DNA of 64,000 nucleotides from Candidatus Eiseniibacteriota bacterium (GCA_041483195.1 JBGPFC010000006.1:32001-96000); one strand, 5' to 3'; positions 29,721-38,927 are shown, counted from the first letter of the stretch. Program-made: numbers and translations. Notes: a model not told the origin generated them from the letters alone.

Positions 29721-31283
29721 TCACGGCCCGGTCAGCTTCACGTTGTCGAGCCAGACCGCGGCACGTCTGCGCAGCGGGCCGGAGGGCGCGCGCACCAGGT
29801 ACGCGGTGAGCGCCTCGGTCGCGGCTTCGGCCCGACCATGGTTCGGTCCCAGCTCCCACGCCCGGAACCGCGCCTCGGCGATGTGGTAGCGGACCTCGAC
29901 CTCGAGCGGACCCCCGGTGACGCGTGGCCGGATGCGCTCCCATTCCTCGGCCGCCGCGTCCGCGCGCGATGCCGACTTCATGTTGTCGGCGATCGTGTAC
30001 AGACGCTGCGCCTTCCAGGCGGCGTGCTGCAGGCTGTCGGGCAGCGCGCGGAACACATCGAGCGAGTCGCTCGCGGTCGACGTGGAAGCGGGCGGCGAAG
30101 CGCTCGGGCGGGCGCGCTGCGCCTCGGGACGCACGGCGTTTTCCTCGAGCACCGGGACCGCGCGCATCGTGAGGGCGAGCGGGGGAAGTCCCTCGCCGAA
30201 CGTGACGATCTGGCGCAGCGGCCTGAATCCGACCGCAATCAGCGACATCACGTGCTCCCCGGGAGGCGCGTCGAGACAGAACCTGCCCCCGCCGTCGCTG
30301 GTCGCGCCGATTCCCAGCGTCACCAGCGTCACCGAGGCGAATGGAATGGGACGCGCCGAAGCATCCCGCACGGTGCCGCACACCCGCACCGATGCGGCCT
30401 GCTGGTCGCGGACGCGCATCCCGGGCGTCGCGCCTTCGCCGCTCGGAGCGGGGGCGGCGGGCGATGCGAGTCCCTCCTTCGCCCCCGAGGCGTCGCCCGC
30501 GAGCGGCTGCGCGAAACGCTGCTTGAGCGCGCGCCGGGTCCCGCCGGTCGCGGACTCCGGCACCGACGCTTCCGGCGCGCGGAACGGGGTGACGACCGGA
30601 TGCACCGCCTCGTCCTCGCCGGCCGCGTTACGCCGCACCTCGTATGCCCGCGCGGGCTCCGGTGCCGAGACCTTCCCGAGCGCCGACTCGTCCTTGGGCG
30701 GCGCCGCGGAGGGAGCGGGCACCGGCGCCGCGGAGCCTCCCTCCGGTGCGGCCAGCTCACGCGTCGCGGGGGTGGTCGCCTTCGATTGCTCGAGCGCATG
30801 CTCGACTCCCGTCGCCGGGGCGGGCGCGTTCGCCTGATCGCTCCTCGTGCCGCCGGATAGCGGCGCGGGCGCGACCTGCGACGCGCGGTGCTCGAGCGCG
30901 CTCGAGGGCGGGCGGCCCCGGTCACGCGCCGTGATGAGCGCGAAGCCGGCGCCCACCGCGACCACGGCCACCGCACTCGCCAACGCGAGACGGCGGGGCG
31001 AGCCCAGCCACGCGGCGAGCCGCTCGGGGAGCAGCCCCGCGGCCACCGGGCGATCGCCGCGCGCGATGCTCGCCTCGATGCGCGCGGCGAGCTGCTCGAA
31101 GTGCGCGTCGCCGGGATCGTGCGTCAGCATGCGCCGCAGCGTTCCGTCCTGGCTCTCGAGCGCCGCGAGCGACTGACGGCAATCCGGGCAGGATTCGAGA
31201 TGGCGCTCCGCCTCGGTATTCACGGCGGGCGCGAGCGCGCCGTCGAGAAACGCGCTCAGCTCGGAGTCGGTCAGGTGCTTCAT
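29721..31283 (-). CDS. Zinc-finger (zf-HC2) anti-sigma factor with TM and extracytoplasmic carboxypeptidase-regulatory-like domain
   Basis: LSAFLDGAL...HLESCPDC (HxxxCxxC), TM, Ala/Pro linker, GTVRD...PIPFASV...SD..G.F.L..P.G...L..VGF; ATGA overlap with the sigma gene. Confidence 0.8.
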   Translation of the reverse strand: MKHLTDSELSAFLDGALAPAVNTEAERHLESCPDCRQSLAALESQDGTLRRMLTHDPGDAHFEQLAARIEASIARGDRPVAAGLLPERLAAWLGSPRRLALASAVAVVAVGAGFALITARDRGRPPSSALEHRASQVAPAPLSGGTRSDQANAPAPATGVEHALEQSKATTPATRELAAPEGGSAAPVPAPSAAPPKDESALGKVSAPEPARAYEVRRNAAGEDEAVHPVVTPFRAPEASVPESATGGTRRALKQRFAQPLAGDASGAKEGLASPAAPAPSGEGATPGMRVRDQQAASVRVCGTVRDASARPIPFASVTLVTLGIGATSDGGGRFCLDAPPGEHVMSLIAVGFRPLRQIVTFGEGLPPLALTMRAVPVLEENAVRPEAQRARPSASPPASTSTASDSLDVFRALPDSLQHAAWKAQRLYTIADNMKSASRADAAAEEWERIRPRVTGGPLEVEVRYHIAEARFRAWELGPNHGRAEAATEALTAYLVRAPSGPLRRRAAVWLDNVKLTGP

Positions 31284-31876
31284 GAAGTCCCCCCGGTCAG
31301 CGCCCGGAATCTCGCGCGCAATTCGGCGCGCGCGCGCGACAATCGCGACATCACGGTGCCCACCGGAACGTTCAACGCGCGTGCGATCTCTTCGTACGGC
31401 ATGTCCTCGACGACCCGCAGCACCAGCACCGCGCGGTGCTCCTCGGACAGCACCGCGAACGCCTGCTCGAGGCGGCGGTCCCGCTCCGAGGTAGCCGCGA
31501 CATCGGCTGGATCTTCTCCCGCCGCCCACTGACGTCCGGCCTCGAGCATCGGCTCGAGCGGCGCCTCCGGCCGCCGCCGCCGCACGCGAAGCATCGTGAA
31601 CGCGCTGTTCACCGCGATGCGGGCCAGCCACGGATAGAGCGGCTCGCCCACCCGAAACCGCGCGAGCGCCCGCCACGCCTTGAGAAACGTCTCCTGCGTG
31701 ATGTCGTCCGCGTCGGTCGCGTTGCGCAACACTCCGTACGCGACGCGATACACCGCGCGCTGGTAGCCGCGCACGATCTCGGCGAAGGCGGCCTGGCTCC
31801 CCCGCTGGGCTTCGAGAACCCGGGCCGCCTCATCGCCGGGATCCGTGAACGGGGTACGCTGTGCGTCCGGTTTCAT
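31280..31876 (-). CDS. ECF RNA polymerase sigma factor
   Basis: AF..IV..YQ, DADDITQETFLKAW, WL.RIA.N, YEEIA..L.VP.GTVMSRLSRAR. Confidence 0.93.
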   Translation of the reverse strand: MKPDAQRTPFTDPGDEAARVLEAQRGSQAAFAEIVRGYQRAVYRVAYGVLRNATDADDITQETFLKAWRALARFRVGEPLYPWLARIAVNSAFTMLRVRRRRPEAPLEPMLEAGRQWAAGEDPADVAATSERDRRLEQAFAVLSEEHRAVLVLRVVEDMPYEEIARALNVPVGTVMSRLSRARAELRARFRALTGGTS

Positions 31877-31928
31877 TCCGCCGCGACCCGTACTCTCCGA
31901 GCCATCGGGTGTCAAGTCGCTGACCCGG

Positions 31929-32642
31929 TTAGGGTTGGAGTTGCGCGGCGGCCGCGTCGCGTTCGGTGCGGGCGGCCGCGAGCGCCGCCCGCGGGTCGGG
32001 GGCATCCGTGATGGCGCGACCGAGCACCAGGAGGCTGGAGCCGAGTCGCACCGCCTCCGCGACCGTGGTGACCCGCTGCTGATCGTGCGTCGGCGCGCCG
32101 GCCGGACGGATGCCCGGGGTCGCCGCGAAGAATGGCGCCGGATGCACGCGGCGAATCACGGGCAGGTCGGTCGCGGCGCACACGATCCCGGCGGCGCCCG
32201 CGCGATCCGCCAGGCCGAGCAACTCGGCCGCGATCGTGTCCACGAACAACGGGCTCGCGAATCCGGGCGGAGCGTTCGAGGCATTCAGGCTGGTGAGCAC
32301 CGTGACCGCGAGCACGCGGGTCGCGCCGCCACCCTGTGCGGCGCCCTCGACCGCCGCGCGCACCATCTCGAGCCCGCCCATCGCGTGCACGGTGAGCAGA
32401 TCGGCGCCGAGCTTCGAGACTTCGGCGGCCGCGCCGCGCACCGTGTTGGGAATGTCGTGGAGCTTGAGGTCGAGGAACACCGCGCGCCCGCGCGCCTGCA
32501 GCGCGCGCACCGCCTCGGGACCGGCCGACGCGAAGAGCCGGAGTCCGACCTTCGCGAGCTCGGGTCCCGGGCCGATGCGCGCATCCAACTCGAGCGCCCG
32601 CTCCAGGCTCTCGACGTCGAAGGCGATCGCGATCGCGCTCAT
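31929..32642 (-). CDS. pyrF: Orotidine-5'-phosphate decarboxylase
   Basis: IAFD, KVG, FLDLKLHDIPNTV, VTVLTS, TPGIRP, DQQRV, VLGRAIT. Confidence 0.95.
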   Translation of the reverse strand: MSAIAIAFDVESLERALELDARIGPGPELAKVGLRLFASAGPEAVRALQARGRAVFLDLKLHDIPNTVRGAAAEVSKLGADLLTVHAMGGLEMVRAAVEGAAQGGGATRVLAVTVLTSLNASNAPPGFASPLFVDTIAAELLGLADRAGAAGIVCAATDLPVIRRVHPAPFFAATPGIRPAGAPTHDQQRVTTVAEAVRLGSSLLVLGRAITDAPDPRAALAAARTERDAAAAQLQP

Positions 32643-33658
32643 CGCGCGGAGCTCACCCGAGCCACGACGCCGCGGCGGGCCGCCGCCGGCCTCGCCGGCC
32701 GGGGTGAGGCGCGCCGGCGAACGGGCGGCGCATCCGCCCTCAGCGCGCCGCGCCACTCGCCGAGTCGCTTCACGCCGCGCGCGATCAGCAGCGCCGTCAT
32801 CTCGTCGAGCACGTCGAGCGCGGCGCGCGAACGGAGGAACGACGCGGTGCCCACCTGAATCGCGGCGGCGCCCACGGCGATGAACTCGAGCGCATCGCGC
32901 CCGCTCGATATCCCGCCGGACCCGATCACGGGAATCCCCACCGCCGCCGCCGCCTCCGCGCAGCGCGCGAGGGCCAGCGGCTTGATGGCGGGCCCCGAGA
33001 GTCCGCCGGTCGCGCGGCCGAGACGGGAGCGCATCCGCGCGAGATCCACCGCCATCCCGACGAACGTGTTCACGGCGGTGATCGCGTCCGCCCCGCCCTG
33101 CTCGCACGCGATCGCCAGATCGCCGATCGAGGTCACGTCGGGTGAGAGCTTCGCGATCAGCGCCGCGCGCGTGAGCGGGCGCAGCCGCGCGAGCGTGCGC
33201 TCGAGGCGCCGGGGCATGGCCCAGTAGCGCGCGCCGCCGCGCGCCACGTTCGGGCACGAAAAATTGATCTCGAAGCCCGCGATCGATGGCTCGGCGCCGA
33301 GCGCCTCGAGGATGCGCTCCAGCTCGCGCGGCGTCTCGCCGCCGATCGAAGCAACGATGGTGGCGCGCAACGCCGCGAGTCGCGGAACTTTCTCCAGGCG
33401 GAAGCGCTCGAGGCCGACGTTCTCGAGCCCGATCGAATTGAGCATGCCCCCCGCGGTCTCTGCGATGCGCTGCGGCGGATTGCCGGCGCGGGGCTTCAGC
33501 GTCACGGTCTTGGTCACGACGCCACCGAGCCGCGCGGGATCGACGAGGTGCGCGGCCTCGTCGCCGTAGCCGAACGTGCCGGAGGCGGTGAGCACCGGAT
33601 TCGCGAGCCGGAGCGGACCGATCCGCACCGTGAGATCGATGGCGGCGCGCGCCCTCAT
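32639..33658 (-). CDS. pyrD: Dihydroorotate dehydrogenase B, catalytic subunit
   Basis: NPVLTASGTFG, GNPPQRIAET, MLNSIGLEN, INFSCPN, KLSPDV, GGLSGPAIKP. Confidence 0.95.
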   Translation of the reverse strand: MRARAAIDLTVRIGPLRLANPVLTASGTFGYGDEAAHLVDPARLGGVVTKTVTLKPRAGNPPQRIAETAGGMLNSIGLENVGLERFRLEKVPRLAALRATIVASIGGETPRELERILEALGAEPSIAGFEINFSCPNVARGGARYWAMPRRLERTLARLRPLTRAALIAKLSPDVTSIGDLAIACEQGGADAITAVNTFVGMAVDLARMRSRLGRATGGLSGPAIKPLALARCAEAAAAVGIPVIGSGGISSGRDALEFIAVGAAAIQVGTASFLRSRAALDVLDEMTALLIARGVKRLGEWRGALRADAPPVRRRASPRPARPAAARRGVVARVSSAR

Positions 33659-34527
33659 TCGATGCGCTCCCAGTCGAGCTCCCCCGCCTCGAACACCGGG
33701 CCCTCGGTGCAGCACATCGCGTACTCGCGGTTGCCGTAGAGCGAGGCGGTGCCCGAGCTGAACGCGGCGCGCGCACGTGCGCTGCGCGGCAGCGGGCAGC
33801 CCCGGCAGATGCCGGTGCCGCAGCCCATCACCGATTCCATCGCGACGTGGGCCTCGGCGCCGTGCCGCGCGGCCCATACTGAGACCGCGTGCAACATCGC
33901 GTGCGGCCCGCAGGCGTGGAGCACGAGCGGCGGATCGAACCGCGGCGCGAGCCGCTCGAGCAGGTCGACGACGTGGCCCCTGAATCCGCGGCTGCCGTCG
34001 TCGGTGGCGAGATGAAGCCGCCCGCGCGCCCGTGACAGCCTCGCGCGCGCCTCGGCGAGCCCGACCAGCTGGCCGCGGGTGCGCGCTCCGAACAGAAACT
34101 CGCAGCGGCGGCCCTCGTGCGCGAGCGCGTCGGCCGCGAACAGCAGCGGTGCGACGCCGCGGCCGCCCGCGATCAGCACCGGAGTTCCCGGCCGCGCGAG
34201 CGGGAAGCCGCGGCCGAGCGGGCCCAGGGCCGAGACCCTCGCGCCGCGGCCGAGCGCGGAAAGCGCGCGCGTTCCGACGCCCACCGGCGCGTAGAGGAAT
34301 CCGAGCGTGCGCGACGCGCGGCGCGAGCTCACGCCGGCGACGCTCATCGGCCGCGGCAGCAGCACCGGCGAGGGCTCCGGCAACAGCAGCTGCACGAACT
34401 GCCCGGGAGCGGGCGGCGGGAACTGCGCCGGCACCTCGAGGTCGAGCCAGCGGTGGTCGTGACCGTAGTCGGCGTGACGCGCGATCCGCGCCTCGACCTG
34501 CCGCCAGGCGGCGGGACTCGCGATCAT
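33655..34527 (-). CDS. pyrK: Dihydroorotate dehydrogenase electron-transfer subunit
   Basis: PGQFV, RPMS, GPLGRGF, AGGRGVAP, TDDGS.G, ACGP, MGCGTGICRGC...CTEGPVF ([2Fe-2S] cysteines). Confidence 0.92.
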   Translation of the reverse strand: MIASPAAWRQVEARIARHADYGHDHRWLDLEVPAQFPPPAPGQFVQLLLPEPSPVLLPRPMSVAGVSSRRASRTLGFLYAPVGVGTRALSALGRGARVSALGPLGRGFPLARPGTPVLIAGGRGVAPLLFAADALAHEGRRCEFLFGARTRGQLVGLAEARARLSRARGRLHLATDDGSRGFRGHVVDLLERLAPRFDPPLVLHACGPHAMLHAVSVWAARHGAEAHVAMESVMGCGTGICRGCPLPRSARARAAFSSGTASLYGNREYAMCCTEGPVFEAGELDWERIE

Positions 34528-36305
34528 CGCGGCCGGCGGGTGGTGTCGGGCGGCGCGATCGCGTGACGCGTCGTGTCGCCCGGCGCGGGCCGGTGAGGCG
34601 TCGTGTCGGGCGGCGCGATCGCGTGACGCGTCGTGTCGGGGAACGCCCCGGCGCGTGCGCTGTCGATCGGAGCGGTGATCGGGTTCGCGCCCGCCTGCGA
34701 ACTGCCCGGCGGCGGGAACATCCCGGAGGGACGCCCCGGACCCAGATGAAGCGAATCGGACGGCGGCGCCAGCAGCCCGCGGGGTTGCGGCCCGAGCAAC
34801 TGAGGGACGGCCCGCGGCGGCGCCACGACGCGCGCCGTATCGGCGGGCACAATCTTCGGAGGCGGAAGCTTGATGAGCGAGTCGGGCACGGTGCGTCCTG
34901 CCTGTTCGAGGTAATCGCGCGCCGCGAGTTGCTCCTCGGTCGCGGGATACTGCCGCACCACCGTCCAGAACAGGCTCTCGGCCGCCGCGGGCTGGGCGAG
35001 CTTGCGGCTCAGGAGCCAGCCCTGCGCGTTGATCGCCTTGGCCGCCCAGGGGGTGCCCTTGAACGTGTCGGCGATCTTTCGGTACTGGTCGAGCGCGCGT
35101 TCCGGCTTGTTCAACTGGAACAGGTAGAGCTCCGCGAGCAGGAAGCCCGCCTCCGCGCGCTTCTGAAGCGTGTCGCCCTCGGCGTTCCGGTACTGCGCGA
35201 GCCGGTCGAGGTCGGCGAGCCGCTGGCTCGCCTGGGTGAAGAACGGGCCGGAGGCCGCCTGATCCTTCACGCGCCCGTACTCGGCGCGCGCGCGATCGAA
35301 GTCGTCGGCCACGGTCTCGTACACGAAGCCCACGCGATACTGCGCCTCGGCCGCGAGCGGCGAGCGCGGGTAGTCGCCGACCACGCGGCGAAACGCCGCG
35401 AGCGCATCGTCGAGCCGGCCCGCCAGCATGTGCGCGCTCCCCACGCGCAGCGTGAGCCGTCCCCAGTGGTCGGCGCCCGGCCCGGTGGGCGCGACGGCCG
35501 GCCGGCCGCCGGTGGTGTCGGGGGGAATCGGCTCGCTCTCGTGCGAGAGCGCGTCCCGCAGCAGCGTGAGCTCGGCTGGAAACTCGCGCGCGGCCTCGAG
35601 ACAATCCGCTTCGCGCAGCAGGAAGAGCAGGCGCTGCTCGTCGTCGTTCGCGCGCTGCCCCATGACGTGATAGTCGGCGCGCGCGAGATCGTACGCGCCC
35701 CCGGCGAAGCGCGCCTCGGCGCGCGCCGTGCGCGCGCGGTCGATGAGATCGCTCTTCGGAAAATGATCCAGCACCTGCCCCGCCGCGTCCGCGGCCTCGG
35801 ACGGCCGCTCGAGCGACATCAGCGCGCGGGCCCGCTCGAGGTAGGCGTACGGCGCGAGCGCGTGGCGTGGCGCGAGGCGGAGGAACTCGGCGAGCGCGTC
35901 CTCGGCTTCGTTGTAACGATGCGCCTGGCGGTAGCCCACTCCCAGGTAGAACAGCGCATCCGGCTTGATCTGGCTGCGGGGAAACCGCGTCGAGAAATCC
36001 TGCAGCAGGCTGACCGTCTCGAGCGGATCGTCCTTCCCGAGCAGCGCGCGCGCCCACAGGAGATAGGCGTCGTCCACCAGCTTCGATTTCGGATATTGCG
36101 CGATCAGCTTCTTCGAGTAGTCGATCGACTTGTTGTAGTCCCCGGCCGCCGTGGGATTGCCGCCTTCGGTGGGGTAGGGCGCGCCGGCGGTCGCGCGGAA
36201 GTAGTACTTCCGCGCGAGATAGAACGTGTTGTAGTACGCGCACGAACCGAGCAGCGTCATGGCGGCGATCGCAAGAACCGCACGGCGCGCGCGCGGGCCG
36301 TTCAC
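34524..36305 (-). CDS. TPR-repeat lipoprotein (possibly PorW/SprE-like) with a Pro-rich tail
   Basis: Lipobox LLGSC followed by AYYNTFY; multiple TPRs (YP.S...DDA, A.Y.LG..Y); ATGA overlap with pyrK; GTG start at 36305 inferred. Confidence 0.8.
   Translation of the reverse strand: MNGPRARRAVLAIAAMTLLGSCAYYNTFYLARKYYFRATAGAPYPTEGGNPTAAGDYNKSIDYSKKLIAQYPKSKLVDDAYLLWARALLGKDDPLETVSLLQDFSTRFPRSQIKPDALFYLGVGYRQAHRYNEAEDALAEFLRLAPRHALAPYAYLERARALMSLERPSEAADAAGQVLDHFPKSDLIDRARTARAEARFAGGAYDLARADYHVMGQRANDDEQRLLFLLREADCLEAAREFPAELTLLRDALSHESEPIPPDTTGGRPAVAPTGPGADHWGRLTLRVGSAHMLAGRLDDALAAFRRVVGDYPRSPLAAEAQYRVGFVYETVADDFDRARAEYGRVKDQAASGPFFTQASQRLADLDRLAQYRNAEGDTLQKRAEAGFLLAELYLFQLNKPERALDQYRKIADTFKGTPWAAKAINAQGWLLSRKLAQPAAAESLFWTVVRQYPATEEQLAARDYLEQAGRTVPDSLIKLPPPKIVPADTARVVAPPRAVPQLLGPQPRGLLAPPSDSLHLGPGRPSGMFPPPGSSQAGANPITAPIDSARAGAFPDTTRHAIAPPDTTPHRPAPGDTTRHAIAPPDTTRRPR
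34543..34640. repeat. 30-bp coding tandem repeat (about 3.3 units) encoding DTT-containing 10-aa units
   Basis: gtgtcgggcggcgcgatcgcgtgacgcgtc identical at 34543 and 34603, a variant at 34573, a partial unit at 34633. Confidence 0.9.
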
Positions 36306-36481
36306 GCGCACTCGGGAAACCCCACGCGCGGCGCGAGCGGCGCCGGCGCGATGCGCCGCTTCACCATGAGATCGACCACGTCGGCACGCCCCTCGGAAGA
36401 CTCGAACAGCGCTTCGCGGGGCAGGCCGTGAAACCGCAGGAGCCGCGCGGGATCGCGCGTCCTCCCCGCGAAATCGCAGGG

Positions 36482-36511
36482 AGGGTAGCACGGGGTTCTC
36501 GGCGCTGACGA
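36482..36511 (-). promoter_or_regulatory. Possible internal promoter for TPR-pyrK-pyrD-pyrF
   Basis: Extended -10 TGc-TACCCT with TCGTCA 18 bp upstream, just downstream of the pyrC stop. Confidence 0.4.
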
Positions 36512-36519
36512 ACGCCGCC

Positions 36520-37839
36520 TCAGCGCGCCGCCACCACCGCGCCTCGCTGTCCGGCGCCCGCCCCCTCCACCTCGAGCGCGGGATCCAGGTGTGTGATCTC
36601 TCCGTCGCACACGGTCGCGAGCACGCGGCCATCGAGCGTCCACCCGGCGAAGGGCGTGCAGCGCCCCTTCGAATGGAACGCCGAGGGGTCCACGTTCCAG
36701 CGCGCCTCGGAATCGATCAGCACCAGATCGGCCGGATCGCCGGCCTCGAGCGCGACCTTCGGAAGGCCGAAGAGCCGGCGCGGCGCGTCGGTCCACAACT
36801 CGAGCGCGCGCGCTAGCGACAGGTGCCCGGGCCGCACCAGGAACGTGATCGTGAGCGCGAGCGCGGTCTCGAGGCCGACGATGCCGAATGGCGCCTGGTC
36901 GAACGGCTGGCGCTTCTCCTCATGGGTATGCGGCGCGTGATCGGTGGTGAAGCAATCGATCACGCCTTCGCGGATCGCGCCGATCACGGCCACGCGGTCC
37001 CTCTCGGAGCGCAGCGGCGGGTTCATCTTGGCCGCGGTGTCGTAGTCGCCCACCGCCTCGTCCGTCAGGGTCCAGTAGTGCGGGCAGGTCTCGCCGCTCA
37101 CCGCGAGCGCGCGCGATTTCGCATCGCGCAGCGCGTCGAGCGAGCCGGCGCACGAGAGGTGGGCGAAGTGCACGCGCCCTCCCGTGAGCGCGGCGAGATC
37201 GGCGTCGCGTCGCACCATGACGCTTTCCGCGGCGCCCGGGAAGCCCCGCAGGCCGAGCCGGGTCGCAGTCGCGCCCTCGTTCATGACGCCTTCGCCGCGG
37301 AGGGTCAGGTCTTCCTCGTGACACACGATCGGCAGCCCGGCGTGTCGCGCGTATTCGAGCGCGCGCCGCATCACCGCGGCGCTCACGATCGGCCGGCCGT
37401 CGTCCGACAACGCGACCGCCCCCGCGCCCTTCAGCGCCAGAAACTCGTTGAGCTGTTCACCCCTCTGTCCGGCCGTCACCGCCGCGATCGGCAGCACCCG
37501 GCAGCTCGCGGCGGCCGCGGCGCGCGCGCGCACCCACTCGACCCATCCGACCGAATCCACGACCGGCGACGTGTTGGGCATGCAGGCGACCGCTGTGAAG
37601 CCGCCGGCCGCCGCCGCCCGCGTGCCGGTCTCGATCGTCTCCTTCGCGCTCTGCCCGGGCTCGCGCAGGTGAACGTGCAGATCCACGAGTCCCGGCGCGA
37701 CCGTCGCCCCGCGAGCGTCGAGGGTCCGCGCCGCTTCGCGCGGCACGGATCCCAGCACCACGCCACGCTCGAATGCCAGCTCGAAGCGCTCGCCCGTCCG
37801 CCAGTGCCGCGCATTTCGGATCACCGTCGCTCCGCTCAT
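36520..37839 (-). CDS. pyrC: Dihydroorotase
   Basis: PGLVDLHVHLREPG, AAAAGGFT, MPNT.P, SDDG, KMNPPLR, TDHAPH, SKG..TPF. Confidence 0.95.
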   Translation of the reverse strand: MSGATVIRNARHWRTGERFELAFERGVVLGSVPREAARTLDARGATVAPGLVDLHVHLREPGQSAKETIETGTRAAAAGGFTAVACMPNTSPVVDSVGWVEWVRARAAAAASCRVLPIAAVTAGQRGEQLNEFLALKGAGAVALSDDGRPIVSAAVMRRALEYARHAGLPIVCHEEDLTLRGEGVMNEGATATRLGLRGFPGAAESVMVRRDADLAALTGGRVHFAHLSCAGSLDALRDAKSRALAVSGETCPHYWTLTDEAVGDYDTAAKMNPPLRSERDRVAVIGAIREGVIDCFTTDHAPHTHEEKRQPFDQAPFGIVGLETALALTITFLVRPGHLSLARALELWTDAPRRLFGLPKVALEAGDPADLVLIDSEARWNVDPSAFHSKGRCTPFAGWTLDGRVLATVCDGEITHLDPALEVEGAGAGQRGAVVAAR

Positions 37840-38831
37840 GACGCCTCCGACATGGCGCGCGCGCATCGCGCGAGAACGGCGCAGCGCACCGCCACGCCGT
37901 TTTCGACCTGATCGAAAATCACAGAGTGCTGGCCGTCGGCCACATCGGGCGCGATCTCGACGCCCCGGTTCATCGGGCCCGGGTGCATCACCACGCCGCC
38001 GGGCGCGAGCAGCGCGACGCGGTCGCGGTGGATGCCCCACACCCGTGCGTACTCGGCGAGCGATGGCAGCAACCCTGATTCCATGCGCTCGCGCTGGAGA
38101 CGGAGCGCCATCACGGCGTCGGCGCCGCGCAGCGCGTCCTCCACCGTTGGCGCCACCGAGCACCCGAGCGATTCGACTTCGGCGGGCAACAGCGTGGCGG
38201 GCCCAGCCAGCACGACCTCGGCACCCAGCGTGACCAGCCCGAAGATCGCGGAGCGCGCGACACGCGAGTGCGCGACGTCGCCAACGATCGCGATGCGCCG
38301 GCCCTCGAAGCGCCCGCCCCACGCCTCGCGGAGGGTCATGAGGTCGAGCAGGCCCTGGGTGGGATGCTCGTGCTCGCCGTCGCCGCCGTTGATGACGCCG
38401 GCCCCGAGGTGGCGCGCGAGAAACGCGGCGGCGCCCGCCGAGCGATGCCGCACCACGACCAGCTCCACGCGCATCGAGGTGATGACGCGGAGCGTGTCGA
38501 GCAGGGTCTCGCCCTTCGACACCGATGAGCCGGCGGTGGTGAACGAGAGGTGAATCGCGCCGAGCCGCTGCTCGGCGAGCTCGAACGAAAACCGCGTGCG
38601 CGTCGAGTCCTCGAAGAACGCGTTGCACACGGCGATGCCGCGCAGCTCGTCGCTGACCCAGCGCGGCGTGCGCAGCAGATCGCGATAGCGGGCGGCCTGA
38701 TCGAGCAGGTCGACGATCTCGTCGCGCGCGAGGCCGTCGAGCCCGAGCAGGTGACGGCGTTGCGGCCCGGCAACAAAAATCCCCGCGCCGTGAGGCGCAG
38801 GGGCCTGACCGATCGTGGCGGTGTGGCTCAT
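37836..38831 (-). CDS. pyrB: Aspartate carbamoyltransferase catalytic subunit
   Basis: [63 protein letters not shown]. Confidence 0.96.
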   Translation of the reverse strand: MSHTATIGQAPAPHGAGIFVAGPQRRHLLGLDGLARDEIVDLLDQAARYRDLLRTPRWVSDELRGIAVCNAFFEDSTRTRFSFELAEQRLGAIHLSFTTAGSSVSKGETLLDTLRVITSMRVELVVVRHRSAGAAAFLARHLGAGVINGGDGEHEHPTQGLLDLMTLREAWGGRFEGRRIAIVGDVAHSRVARSAIFGLVTLGAEVVLAGPATLLPAEVESLGCSVAPTVEDALRGADAVMALRLQRERMESGLLPSLAEYARVWGIHRDRVALLAPGGVVMHPGPMNRGVEIAPDVADGQHSVIFDQVENGVAVRCAVLARCARAMSEAS

Positions 38832-38833
38832 CC

Positions 38834-38873
38834 ATCCCCCTTTGCCGCCTCTCGGGGCGGCGCTTAAAGGATT
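38834..38873 (-). promoter_or_regulatory. PyrR-binding RNA hairpin overlapping the pyrB Shine-Dalgarno
   Basis: CCUUU-AAGC-GCCGCC-[CCGAGA]-GGCGGC-AAAGG: CUUUAA motif, CNGNGA hexaloop and both stems; 3' arm runs into GGG-AUGG-AUG. Confidence 0.88.
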
Positions 38874-38898
38874 TCGCGGACTTCACGAACTCGGGTGC

Positions 38899-38927
38899 AA
38901 TCTAGCGGAAGCGGCCGACGACGGCAA
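38899..38927 (-). promoter_or_regulatory. sigma70-type promoter for pyrB
   Basis: TTGCCG-17 bp-TAGATT just upstream of the PyrR hairpin. Confidence 0.7.

Noticed and set aside
34543..34640. 30-bp repeats as a possible CRISPR array
   Set aside because: Units are directly adjacent with no spacers, are in frame within a CDS, and no cas genes are present
16287..38886. Apparent fusion ORFs in the track (16287..18815, 18930..20651, 20838..22823, 29721..31676, 33655..36243, 36520..38886)
   Set aside because: Their N-terminal halves are off-frame readings of the upstream gene; real starts lie at or near ATGA/GTGA overlaps, so no fusion or frameshift is needed
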